Translations under genes and position numbers: made by a program
Notes under the pieces: model-generated
Told to the model about the DNA's origin: nothing
Databases searched by the model: none
Seen by the model: only the letters and a program-made list of their open reading frames with translations
Assembly (NCBI GenBank): GCA_028023455.1
Contig: JAQFVV010000007.1
Coordinates: 15,934,001 to 15,998,000 of the forward strand
Length of the DNA stretch: 64,000 bases
Direction of reading: 5' to 3'
Origin: Epiperipatus broadwayi
Lineage: Eukaryota > Animalia > Onychophora
In this document: piece after piece, positions 1-13,047 of the stretch
How the letters are laid out: every line of letters begins with the position of its first letter
Position numbering within the stretch: the stretch's first letter is position 1

Positions 1-1688
1 ATTAAATCTTACATTTCCGTGGCAGATAAGAAACACATCAGCATACCGAAAAGGCATTTTCTTTCCTAATACGTTTGTATAGATTTTTGCCTGGATAGTT
101 CTTTTTCCCCACCTGCTCCCCACCCCAGAGAACGGCAAAGGTGGAAGGGAGATAAAAAATATTATAGGAAATCTTTTCATGGTAATAAGCTTATAATTCA
201 AATGTTCCTAGTGATTAATGTGGAACAAGAAATCGTGGAAATATTTTGACAACAATAGCAAATTTAAATTGGCTACCGGAATAAATTTATGAGAGAGCAA
301 CCCGAGATAGGCGATAAATAGATTAGATACGTATTAGGAACAGCTCCAAAATTTTATTACATTTTTATTATAAAATGAAGACTTTTAAAGATAAATATTA
401 ATAACAATATTTTCCCAATAAACTTAATGATTAACATTCTATGCTCCAATGCCGTGATTGAATGGATAATCTTGCTCTAATCTCCACCTTTCCCATCCCC
501 TTTTTAAAGTAAAAGATTGGCTTTTTAAATTATTAATTAACATTATATTTATATATAATCGTCATATTCTAAGTTTAGAACACGTTTAGGTTTTGTTTAA
601 AAAATTAAATATGTAATATAAGGAATGAAAAGGACAGAGATGTAACCCAGAAATTATGTATCAGATTCTAAAGCGTCAAATCATACCAATTCTAGCGTTT
701 TTGGGATTCAAAGTTTTAATGAATTCATGGAAAATAAAGTCATTCAATTATTATTATAAGAAGGATAGAAAAAATACTTAATGTTTCTGGATTGTGGTAC
801 GCAGGATAGATAGCATGGAGAATGAGCAAATGGATAGATACTTGTGACATTATATCCGGACTTTGACTTGAAGCATGAATGATAGGTTGAAATTGTTTTC
901 TTTTGCCTACATTGTGAGATGATCTAACTTATTAGTAAAGTATATAGTGCTTTGAAACATAATTAGTGAAAGATGAAGACCATGACTGGCAGTGAAGTGT
1001 ATGAATGCCCCAATCTCAATAATGGGTGTTCTTTTGGGCAATTGACCTCTCCCCCCAATACCCAATAGGAGAAGTGGAACGGTATTTCTAACATTTCTGG
1101 TAATCCAAAATTTTTGGGATTGATTTAATGGCATTTAATAATGATAGCTAAGTACTATTTCTATGAGTTCCATAATACCACACGATGTAGTATTTGGACA
1201 TCCAATTCCACACTTTTTAATTGATTTTTAGAAAATAATTATTATTTTTTTTTTTTTTAATTTAAAAATGCAGAACATGTCTATATCATCATATTTTTTC
1301 AATTCATAGTTTTTGGGGGTTTTTGACCTTGAATCTTTATATTTTTTGCATTTTCTTGGTATTAAACCATGTATTTATTTCTTTACAGTTAAGTAATTTT
1401 CGCTTTTTACAATTTTTAAAATTGAGTATTGAAAGTTTATGAAGTGAGTCTCAACAAAAGGATAACTAGCTCTTTTGGTCTTCAAACTTTCTGCAATGCC
1501 ATCTCTGAATCTGTGTATGATTTACATAGTAATACAGATAAGCTATTCACCACAAAATTTAAGACAATAATGCCATCTGGGTCGTGAATTATGACATGAA
1601 ATATGTTTATATTTTTGAAGATCATCATCAATGTATTCTTCCTGATGTCATTCTTAAAACTCATGGTTCTCTTGCCACCCTTTGTCCC

Positions 1689-1877
1689 AATTTAAAACAA
1701 ATGTTAATGTTAGCATGTTGCTTCATCATGGGTTAAAGCATGATACATATTGCAACATTTCATGTCATGATACGTTTCATGCTTTAACCCATGATGTAAC
1801 ATATTGCCACATTTCATGTTGCAATATTCATCATGGATTAAAGCATGAAACATATTCTCCATATTTCATGTTGCAAT
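1689..1877. repeat. Mixed direct/inverted micro-repeat; dispersed homologue at 12184-12243
   Basis: The 23-mer catcatgggttaaagcatgaWac occurs forward at 1724, reverse at 1774 and forward at 1829. Confidence 0.85.
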
Positions 1878-2966
1878 TCGTGATAGCTAAACCATGTAAC
1901 TGTATAATACACATGTTGGATTCAGAATGACACTATGGACAAGTGTGAGAGAAAACCAGCCACTCTTTGGGTTCACAAATAACAATAAAATATGTAAACA
2001 AGATGGTAGAGTTACCAAGAATTGATTTCTAAAATTTGACAGTCTAAAACTTTTACCAAAGTAAGTATAAGCATTAATTTATGGTTAACTACTTAATCAT
2101 GTAAAGATTTCTATAGATTGCTAATTAACATTCAGATATTTCTTTTTAAATAACAAATCTTTCAAAATTTATGTAGTTATAATTCGAACCTAGATATCTC
2201 TCAAATTCTAACGTGGAGTTGATTACAGAATTGTAAATGAACATGAATATTATTGAAATTTATATTAAATATTTAATATCAAAACCTTAATATTGTTTTT
2301 TGTCCTTTTAAATCAGAGAAATAACAAACAAAATAAAATATATAAATTATAAGAAAAGTTTTGATTTATCAAATATTTGGGTGAAGTGTAAAATATACTT
2401 TTTATTAAGTTTAAAATAATGTTTTATTTTTTAGAGTGAAACGACTAAAAATTATAGAACAAACAAAATGGATCTTGATAAAAATAAAAAGAATACAGTT
2501 ATGAACACAATTCTAACCAGAGTCCAATAAACAATTTATATTTTTAGTCTTAAAATAAATAAAACAATTGAACAATACTTACACTAAATAAACACATTAC
2601 ACAAAATTCCCATCCATTTATCTCCCTTGGTAGTGAAATCAATAGATAGTGAAATTTTAGTTTTAGAAGGATTCAAGGAAAAATATATCTACAGATATTT
2701 CAGTTTGGGGGGGGGGGGATTATATACAGATATTTTAGTTTAAAAGAAAAAAAAATACAAAATTATTCTAAAATACCACAGTAAGTATTTTCAATAGCAT
2801 TCAGTGAATTAGATTATTATTTAAAAACATTTACAATAAAATAGGAAACAGAAAATACATCTTACTTGAGGGTAGGATGTGACCAAGTGGCTGCGAAAAT
2901 GTCTGATGAGGTGATTTTTTTATCTCTCTGTTTTATTGTCTTTGATTGGTTTTTAAATATGTTAAA

Positions 2967-3116
2967 ATTTCTTGCATTACTATCGTAAAGATAAGTGCAC
3001 CATAGTGCATATAGTATAAATGTTATACTTCTTATTTCTGCATTTCTTGCATTACTATCGTAAAGATAAGTGCACCATAGTGCATATAGTATAAATATTA
3101 TACTTCTTATTTCTGC
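2967..3116 (+). repeat. Tandem duplication, 75 bp x2, one mismatch
   Basis: Units 2967-3041 and 3042-3116. Confidence 0.95.
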
Positions 3117-5240
3117 GAAGCAGGCATTTGGAAAAGACTATAATTGAACATATAGTGTTTTTACATTTTGGTTAGTTTTTTAATTATTTTGTTTATTTTC
3201 ATTGATTAATTTAGATTATACCTTTTGATATTTTACATTTTTATAACTTTATATGTGCTGAAGTATTTTAAGAATAGTTATTTTATTTAGTTGATGCTAA
3301 TTATCCATAACATCGTATATAACATTTTAATATGTAATCCAGTCAATTTGTGTATGGTTTTTGTTTATTAATAACATTGTCAAAATGAAGCCTAAGGAAT
3401 TTTATTTTATAGTGAAACTATTTTGTATTTATAAATATCTGTTATGTAGTTTTTTATTTATTGGGTATATATCACATCCAAAAATCCAAAGTTGCCTACA
3501 ATTGGCATAAACTGAGGTCACTATAGTATATAACTGCTGGTCAAATGTGAGATATATAATAATTATACAATAATGAGGTATATCTTGAAATAACTAGAAT
3601 TTTGTAGTAATAAATTGTATATTTATTTTTTGCTGTTACAAATTGAATCCCCTTCACAGTACAGTGCACCATTTTAAACACGTTTTTCACTTTTGAAATA
3701 ATCTGAAAACTCTTGCAAAGTGACGACTTTTAACACCTGCATCATTTTTCTCGTCTCCATTTCTAAGTCCACACACACACACAAAAAAATGGAAACATTT
3801 ATTTATTTATTTATTTAAAAGAATAAAAAACCACACAAAGCAATATTGGACAAATATGGCAAGCTTGCACATTGCCATGGTAAATTTTGCTCTTCCTACT
3901 TGGTCACAAATTGTGACACTTTTGTTTTATTACCATATCATGTAAGCATTTCAAAACGTGTAGTTAAATGACCCCCCCCCCCGAAAAACCCAACATCATC
4001 TTTACATTAGACTTCCACTTGCCACTCTTTTTTGGGGCATAATAAATTTGATACTCTCAAAATTTGTGGTTATACCAGAGCAGCTTTCTTGTAAGCTGTT
4101 TCATGCATTGTTACTGTCTCCCTTGCCATTTTTCCTAGCGGAAAACAAAATTTCATATGGTTTCTATTTTTCAGCCATACAAATATCGACCAATAAATGA
4201 GATGCTTCTATCAAAAACATTTTCTATGCCACAACATGACTTCTCTTGATGATGAAAGTTGGCAAAATGGTGTAGGGGGATCCCTGGGGGAGGAATCTAG
4301 TGGCAAAAGCATATACTACAATGCTCTCACTTTCCAGAGAATGACTCCAGTTGTTTTTGGGTACTTCGAGATAAGTTATCATCTTGTATTCAAAATTTTG
4401 TGGTGGTTTTTGTACACCACATTACTAATTTTCAGTGATATAGATGATTGCTAGTTGCATTCATGCAGATTCAACATTCCTTTCTGAAGAAACTAGTCTT
4501 AGTGTTTGAATACTGCACTACCATTATTGATTATTCAAGTTTGCATTCAATGGTTTTTGAATAAAATAAATAAAATGAATTACTGCTCCTCATGCCAATA
4601 AAAATCTTTTAGAGAGAGTGACATTTTACCAATTTTATCTTTTTAGTTGAATTTTTAAAAATGTGTATTCTTTTAATATTTAATTATAAATGTATATGTA
4701 TGATGTATTTATAGAGCGGCAGAGTCTAGAGGTCAAAATCCTTGGATCATGGCCCAGTTCAATGCCCAAACTTATTATGAACTCTTGAGTAATAAATCAT
4801 TTGATTATTTTTCATCTCATGCAGTCTGTGCAATGGTAGAAGGACAGCTCAAGATCCACAAATCACAGTTCAATCATTTCTAGTATTCAAATTTTTTATG
4901 AACCCTCCAAGCAATAAACCATATGCAAAAGCTCCATACAGTAATTCCACTTACTGCAAGCCAGAGTAATCATTGGATATAAGAAGAGTTTTGCTTGTTT
5001 TAACAGTTTGAGCAAGCATAAAAAATAATGATCATGTGATATTATCTGTTTTAAAATAAACCATATGATTATTATATTCGTAGTTAATTCAATTAGAATT
5101 AGTTGTTTTTTTTTTTTAAAAAAAATCCAATTTTGTCACTTATATTGATGTATAAAGTTAATTATGACCGTAGACATCCAAATATTGTCAAAAAAAAAAA
5201 GATATTTGGGGGTTTTTTTTTTTCAAGTTTTTAACAGTCC

Positions 5241-5349
5241 TTTTTTATTTTCTCATGTGTCATAGCATCAGCCAGGAAGCAAACTCGCTATCCCGGGACA
5301 ATTGCTAGTAAAGCAGCTTCGCTGACCTCTTGACCACCAATGCTTGACA
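5241..5349 (-). mobile_element. Family D SINE (diverged)
   Basis: Reverse complement tgtcaagcattggtggtcaagaggtcagc..gctgctttacta..tgacacatgagaaaataaaaaa; near-TSD aacagtcc/aacagttc. Confidence 0.75.
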
Positions 5350-5951
5350 ACAGTTCTTTTTACCATCTTAAAATTTAAATATGTCGTATAATGATATCTT
5401 TCAATGTAAGAACATAACTTTTTTACTTTTTTTTTAAATCACACATACTCTTAAATAAATTTATTTTTAAAAATATGATCCAACCAACCTACATTTACTT
5501 TCAGAAGTTATTCACTGCTTGTTTGTTTCTAGAAATAAACACAAACTTGTTGCAATGGAATTTAAGAATACATTAATAAATTTCATTTTTTGTAGACAGT
5601 TGTGAGTCTATAATTAAATTGTTTGCTGCTATAACTTTCTGTTTTGGGAAGTATTTTAGAATTTTATTATATTCAAGACATTATTCAGATGCTTCACGCA
5701 TAACTTAAGAGGTCAGACTCTAGAACCTAATATCCTACAATCATAATTCAGTGTGGTATTTTCAGGACTCCACTTGTTATGAACATCCAAGCTATAAAGT
5801 CATTTGTTTTTTAATTGCATAGATAATATTTTATTGTCATAAACTCTCTACCTTTGTTACAGCTTAGGATTTAATCAAGAGAAGGAGTACATTTTATGAA
5901 CCATTTGGTGAAGTTTTACTCCAACAAGTCATTTAATACCTCACCTCACAT

Positions 5952-6459
5952 ATGTGATATGATGCACTGTGGCTTTTCTTTTTTCCAAGTCAGGAATCTC
6001 TCAGCCACTATGCCCAGAGAAACCTGTTAGCCACCTTAACTTTCCATTCCCCATCCTACCTGTTCCCTATATTCTTCTCTATCCTGCTTCATCCTATTTC
6101 CGCAATATAATCTTTGTCAACTCTATAGCCTTTATATCTAAGTCCCCCTTATTTTTTCCCAAACCCAATATAAAAATCAAGCACCCACTTTCTGTATAAT
6201 CACATTGTTTATATTTATTTCCCCACAACTTCATTATTTGTACCCTTTCTGCTTGTAGGCATTTACATTCAATCAATAGATACCTAATATTTTCTATGCC
6301 TTCCTTACATAACTTGCAGACTAAACCACCCATATTTTTCCATTTATGTGTATATTTCTTGTTCCTAATGATCCTGTTCGAGCCTTAAACAGTAAACTAA
6401 TTTCCTTGTTATTATCATAAATTAACTCGCACCCAATATTCTGTTTACTTCTATATATT
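5952..6459 (-). mobile_element. 3' fragment (about 510 bp) of the same LINE
   Basis: Reverse complement matches the LINE 3' end ([20 protein letters not shown], 3' UTR, cagtgcatcatatcacat tail). Confidence 0.92.
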
Positions 6460-7062
6460 CTGCCGTCTTTTGTATACTTGAATAAACAGTGTCACAATGT
6501 GCATCTAAATCTTCAACCTAGGACTGGTTACTGATTCTTACTTTTATCAACAAGGTTCAAGATTCATAGTTAGATAAGGGCAAAGACTAGAAATCAGTCT
6601 GGGAGTGTTTTAAATATTTCTGGTAAGCACCGATTACTCAAATTTATAACTTATATGGTACTAAAATGGAAAACTGTTTTTATCTCATCTTATGTGAACT
6701 TGCAAATAGTGGATTGTTGTAGTTATTAAGATTCCTAAGTAAGAGAAAAGATGACTGCAGTCTTTAATGAAGAACTGAAAGTACTATACTATATAATTAT
6801 TAATATGTTTGCACTGAGTTCAAAATTCTAGATTTATTTGTATTTAGATTTTTAACTTAATAAATAAAATGGAATTGAAGATGTTTTCTAGATGCATGAT
6901 TGCATTCCTTTATACTTTGAATCCTAAGATCCATTGATAAAATTAAAAGCCACAAACCACCCTAAGATTTAAACCCATCTGGCAATTAGTGATGACCAAG
7001 TTTAGTGATGATTTCACTAGATTGGAGAGCTGTTTTTGCCCTAGGATTTTTTCCATAGTTAT

Positions 7063-7109
7063 TACTTGATCATTTATAACACTTGAAGAGTGTTATAAAT
7101 GATCAAGTA
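7063..7109. repeat. Perfect 21-bp inverted repeat with 5-nt loop
   Basis: tacttgatcatttataacact-tgaag-agtgttataaatgatcaagta. Confidence 0.95.
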
Positions 7110-7595
7110 TATTTCTTTTATAAGATAGTTATTGATACAATAGTTCTCCCATCCCAAAAGTGGTCATTTCAGAGAAGACGCTTATACATCCAGATGATTA
7201 TATTTTAGTTAAGTGGGTAGCAATTTATTGTGAACAATCGAGTATTATAGTTTGGTTATAACACCTTGTTGCACAAGATGCATATCTGTATTTAGATAAA
7301 GAACATAGCATATAGTACTGTATTAAATTTTATAATAGAAAAATGTACCGTTTGACATTCATTGGTGCGCGCGTATATATATATATTAGACCAAAAAATA
7401 AAGTTCATTTAGTAAAGTTAAACTAATGGTATTACAATCAATCTTCAAACAATTTTATAAAAATTATATGGCGAGAGGAAGAAGATGACAAGAAATGCTT
7501 TTATTTCAGAGATTATGGTTATACGAATTTCTATATATTAATTCATGTATTAGCCGTTAGAAGGCGCTAGCTACTAGTATATTAAATATTTAAGT

Positions 7596-8100
7596 GTTTA
7601 AATATACAGTATATAGAAGTAAACAGAATATTAGGTGCGAGTTAATATATGATAATAGTAAGGAAAGTAGTTTATTGTTTAAGGTTCGAACGGGATCTTT
7701 AGCAACAAGAGAATATACATGTAAATGGAAAAATATGGGTGATTTAGTCTGTAAATTGTGTAAGGAAAGAATAGAAAATATTAGGCATCTGTTAATTGAA
7801 TGTAAATGCTTGAAAACAGAAAGGGTACATATAATGAAGTTATGGAAGAATAAATATGAAAAAAGTGATTATACAGAAAGTGGATTATTGGTTTTATGTT
7901 GGGTTTGGAAAAAAATAAGGGAGATTTAGATATAAAGACCATAGAGTTGACAAAGATTATGTTGTGAAAATGGAATGGAGCAGAATATGGGAAAACTTAG
8001 AGTGGGGAATGGAAAATAAATTGGCTAACAGGTTTCTCTGGATATAATTGCTGAGAGATTCTTGACTTCGTTTAAAGAGAAGCCATAGTACATCACATCA
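7596..8100 (+). mobile_element. 3' fragment (about 505 bp) of the same LINE
   Basis: [30 protein letters not shown]...CKLCK, 3' UTR, ends catcacatca. Confidence 0.92.
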
Positions 8101-9308
8101 ATAACTTACTGTTAAAGAATCTTAATTATTCAAAACAAAGCATAATTGATATTTACTTGAGAATTAGTTTTTTTTTTTTTTTTTATGGTTTAAAGGTGCG
8201 CTCGAATCTAAGAGGGGTTTATATCAAATCATTTCTCATTTTAAAATATGTAATGTCTTGGAAAAACAAAGAATATGGTATAGTCTCTGTTTACTTATTG
8301 TTTAATAGTATGTTTTATTACTAGTAAAGAGTCTATATTGAGCCGCAGCGGAGACGTGGCATTAAGCTACCGGTAATTCCAATTCTATCAATAGCAAAAC
8401 ATCAAACAAACGTACGTAGTCACACGATCGCCAAACGTTAACATCGATCTGATAGTATCTAACAATAATAGTCTTTGGAAATATACCGTAGTAATAGTTG
8501 TTAAAACGATAATGACTATTGCCCAGTTAAGTTTGTGCGTATATATATATTGCTACCTTTAAAAACAAACAATGGTTTACATATTTTAAAAAAGATATTA
8601 GACGTAGAAAAAGAGAGATGAAATTGGATTAATTAAATCACGCGCTTATCATTAATTAATTAAAAGATTGATATTCAACGAAGTTTAAAGTTTTTATTCG
8701 GGCAAGGGGCAGATACAAGAATTAAAATAAGCAATTATTTTTCATGACAAAGATGTCTGATACTACACATAAAAGAAAATGTCTCCAAAATGTCTTATAT
8801 ATGTGTGTGCGTGTGGGTGTGTGTGTTTCAGCCACTGATATTTGTAGTAGCATTTGTTCTGTAGAATAAAAATCTTAAGGCCACTGGATCGAGTTCCAGG
8901 AATGTAACATTAAAAAATAAAGTTTAGTCAATCGAATGGGACTATTATGCTTAGTCTGTCATTTGATTCTTAAATGGCATATGAGTAACTATAAGATTAT
9001 TATTTATTGAGTAATAACAATGTGGCGTTTATGGAGAGAGTGGTTAGGAATCCTGATGGTAATGCATAAAAAAGGCATTTATAATTTTTCTTTTTTTTTA
9101 AATTCACCCCCCCCCCCATACTTTTTAAAGCCCTTTAATGGTGATTTTAGGTTAATTTAACTTTTTTAAAAAAATCAGGTTCATTCCATTATAATATGTC
9201 AAAACAATGTAAATAAATGATTTACCTAAATAACGTAGAATATAAAGAAACACAAAATACTGGTGTAAGGAAGTAAATTACATGGATATTGAAAAGTAGT
9301 TAGAATTA

Positions 9309-9585
9309 TAAATTAAAACAAAGAGCTTTGCTAATTGCTCTAACAAGCTTTGTTGATAAAATGCTAGCAAGAGAAAGCATTTAAAATATCTCTATCAGAA
9401 ACCATACCCAAACCCCAGACCAATTGTTTCATGCTTTGACACTCTTCAGTGAGGTGCTAGGATAGCTTCAGACACTAGATTTAAAAATACTAACCCAAAG
9501 ACAGCATTTATCTAAGAGTTCTCTTGTTAGTATTTTATCAACAAAGTTTGTTAGAGCAATTAGCAAAGCTCTTTGTTTTCATTTA
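9309..9585. mobile_element. MITE, about 275 bp, about 65-bp TIRs
   Basis: aaaacaaagagctttgctaattgctctaacaagctttgttgataaaatgctagcaagagaa is matched by its near reverse complement at 9519-9579. Confidence 0.82.
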
Positions 9586-9651
9586 CAAGTTTAAAAAATT
9601 GAGTCATGTGATATGTGACTCTTTTTTTATAGTTAGGATTATATGTTGAAT

Positions 9652-9740
9652 TAATAGCCTAGTTGGTTAAAGCATTGCCTTAAAGTCCAATATTTTACGA
9701 ATCTAAAGGTTTCAGGTTTGATTCCATTGCTAGTACTGTC
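9652..9740 (+). pseudogene. tRNA-Leu(TAA)-like pseudogene or SINE head
   Basis: tagcctagttggttaaagcattgccttaaagtccaat resembles tRNA-Leu GGTTAAGGCGTTGGACTTAAGATCCAAT; B-box-like caggtttgattcc; acceptor stem not intact. Confidence 0.45.
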
Positions 9741-11535
9741 ACCAAACAGACCTGTAACACTTGAAGAAGAGAGGAGAAAAGCTTACTATTGGTATCTGTT
9801 GAGAATATATTTGAAAAGTTTTTCTAAAAACATTTTAATAATTAATATTACATGATGAAAATAGTTTATGTATAATTACAATTCCACAAACTTTCAGACA
9901 AATATTGAAAAGTAGATTGTACATCTTCCATAAATAAACAAATACCGTATAGATCAGATATACAAATGGACACTTGGGTATAGTTGCAGTTAATGTTCCT
10001 TTATAGTATTTTATTAATAGTTAAAATGTTTAAAAAACACACAAAAGAAAAGAGAATTCATATGCTAAATAAATAATATACATACACTTTGGATTTATTT
10101 GTTTCGTTTTATATATTAGTAATATTTGAACCTATCAAAGTTGTATTTGTCAAATATTTTCGTTTATTTTTTATTGTTGTATGTATACATTAAATTTAAA
10201 AGTAAATCGATGTGTTTCACTGACAAGAAATTGCAGACCAAATCAAGTAAGAACCAAATCTTGCTTGCATTCAAATTAATTTTGTCAGATTGAATACAAA
10301 TTAAATTAAGTGTTTTCTATAATCCGCACTTTCATTTAGAGTGACACGGGAACAAGATTCGGGCAAAAATGATGAAAAATGAGTTCTGTTTCAAAAATTT
10401 TCTTTAGATGTTTGAAATTTGAAAAAAAAAAAAAGAAAAGAATTCAAGGGCAGGTGTATAAAATTTGATTTATCAATGTCTTTTACGAATAGCCTAGCCA
10501 CTAGAACGCAGAGTTAATTATAAACAAAGACTTTTTTCCAGCGTTTGAGGTTGAAATATCTAAAGGACGTTAATTGAAAGAAACGTTTAGGTATAATGAT
10601 TAAACTTCGCATCCATGTTTGTTTGTATAGTCATTCAAAAAATGTATTGAATATATATTAAATAAAAATAATGATAATCGAAAAGCTTATTGCGGCGGAG
10701 CTCATAAGAAATTCGAGCGCCCGAAATGAGAATCAGATCGCAATCTAGGAATTCTGAATTCCACAGTCTGACATTCTTAACCCTTGCATTCAAACTAAAG
10801 CTCGACATTAAATGGAATGCAACTATAGAGAATTTTGATAGTTGACAAAGTGTGTTGTTAGAGTAATGAGACAGTATCTAGGCTGTTAAAATTTATAAAA
10901 TATCAATTGGGTTTACTTTGCACTCTTATTGCAGTGGTTGGATGGCAGAGTTTGGAACTCAAGGTCCATTGATTGTACTTCATTTCTATCACTATAAGCA
11001 ATCTTATATTTTATTCAATTATTATTATTGTCTTTTTTTTAAAACTTTAAATCCAAGCTAAATGTAAAAGATATTTTGAGATAAATGGGAATTATTTAAC
11101 AAGCTCAATTTTTATTTTATTTAACTACATGACACATCTAGTGCCCTGCTAATGAAAACAAGACAGCATTTAACTAGTCTGGTATTCTCCCATAATATAA
11201 TAATGACAAAGAAGGTGATATAAGATTTGCAACTTGCACTGTGGTGAAGATTTGAGTATTTTCCAATCCTTAATTTATTCTCTAGTACACTAGCATAGAA
11301 TAGCTATTTACCTATTTACTGATCAATATTTTAATTGTATAACCTATAGAGTCTGGTTACCTAAAAAAAAAAAAATCTAAGTATGATTGAAATTTGAAAA
11401 CTTGTTTTATCTAATCTGGATCTGTGTACTTTTCACAGGAACAGTAGGGGTGATGCTTAATTTTATGAAACCCTCAGCTACCCATTATGAAATACACTTA
11501 ATCACATTTCCTATACTAGCACATTAATTGTTGAT

Positions 11536-11829
11536 AAACAGAGCAAAACTCTCCATACAGTATTGCCACCTGTGCTAAACAGAGTAATCAATGGATGCCA
11601 GAAGGCTTGTGCATAAAATCCCTATCTAATGCTTACTCATCCAATATCCCCAGATTAGTTTCTGGCTTGTGGCCTTTGTCAGTGAGGAGCTTTGGATCTG
11701 AGAGCACTGCATCTAGATCTTAGGATCTAATGCAACCCTCTAGAAACCACCTTTTATCTCTACTTAACTACAAAACTATGAGAATGAAATTGAAAACAAA
11801 AATACTGTATGGAGAGTTTTGCGCTGTTT
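11536..11829. mobile_element. Foldback/MITE family A (full left arm plus outer 26 bp of right arm)
   Basis: aaacagagcaaaactctccatacagta ... tactgtatggagagttttgcgctgttt; arm homologous to the 24961, 27404, 49800 and 51791 copies. Confidence 0.85.
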
Positions 11830-13047
11830 ATGTAATACACTTATCAATTGACCAATACTTAATTATTACTCAATTAATATTCTTCATTGATGAATGCAGT
11901 GTCAGAATGACCTTGATGAGACAGATGAATACTGATTGGGCTGACCATAGAGAAAAACACCTCAGGTATAGGGTGTTATGGGTAATGAGCATTACTTTAA
12001 CTAAAGGTTGACCAACTCTTAAAAAAAATCATTTTGGGAAATAAATATTGTGTCTAATAAAAAGATGACTAGTTCTCTCCTGCGATTGTGAAATCTTATA
12101 AATCACTAGCAACTGGTCTTGTGATTCATAACTCCATTGCCATACCCAGTTTGAATCCTAAAATTTCAATGGAGGTTTTATCCAACTTAAAACAAAATTT
12201 AACATTAGTATGTTATTTCATCATGGGTTTAGGTATGAAACATCATCACAATTCATGTTATAATTCATATCCAGACATGTTAGTGTTTTAAATGTTTTTG
12301 TAATGAATAGCTAAATTATATCACTATGTGAGGCATGCATTGATTTAGAGATATTGTTGCAGGAAATCTGAAGAGAGAACCAATCACCATTCACCTTTTT
12401 ATCAAAATACATTGTGTGTGACATTTGAATATTAATTCGTTTGGAATCTGTATTTTGCTTCTGAAACAAATTGTGGAAATTCTAATATAAGGGTTTTATT
12501 ACTGAACATCAAACAGTTCAGACATAATTTAGTCTTCTTAAATAAAAAAAAATTTGTAACTAAGACGGACTCCCTTATTTTAATGGACTTTAAAATGAAT
12601 GTTTAACTTTTTATTTGTTAACCTCTTTCTGTAGGTAAACAAAATGGTTACATGCATTTTTAAGTGTCACTAAAAAGTGAAAATATAAATTATTCTGTGT
12701 CTTTTAGTATTGAGATAAGATTGCAGGCTGGAATTGCCATTCAACTAATGATTTCAATTATTTCTAGTAAAAAAAGGAAAACAATATTTTTAGTATAGAA
12801 TTGTTCATATATATATATATGGTTTTAAGCATTATATTTCAATTTAAACAAATTTTGTTGTTGACATCAAGTCCCAAGATCATTTTAAAGGGTTTCATTT
12901 TAAAAATGGTATCAGTTTGGATAGTTTAAGAATATAATTGTATTTGCACACCAATTTTTCTGATTGGGTGTTTTTTTTTCATTTTAAACCTAATTTTCTT
13001 CATCACAGCATTCAGTCACTTTAATTAAATAAATAAATAATTGAATG

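Noticed and set aside
780-1130. Possible LINE endonuclease relic (LNNG..AIDLS)
   Set aside because: It needs frameshifts and only two short motifs match, which is too weak to call.
1703-1877. CRISPR-like repeat-spacer array
   Set aside because: The repeats alternate orientation, the spacers are themselves repeats, and the context is eukaryotic with no cas genes.
3660-4520. Tc1-like element bounded by tacagtgca..aaacac / gtgttt..tgcacta
   Set aside because: The putative TIRs are too degenerate and no transposase motif was found inside.
5270-5310. Helitron-like 3' end (cccgggacaattgctagt)
   Set aside because: Fully explained as the minus strand of a family D SINE.
7550-7578. Helitron-like hairpin plus CTAGT (gccgttagaaggcgctagctactagt)
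   Set aside because: The stem is very short, and no matching 5' TC end or second copy was found.
6460-7595. One large ancient palindrome centred on the 7063-7109 hairpin and bounded by the two LINE fragments
   Set aside because: The sequences between the hairpin and the LINE copies are not complementary, and the hairpin is about 55 bp off centre.
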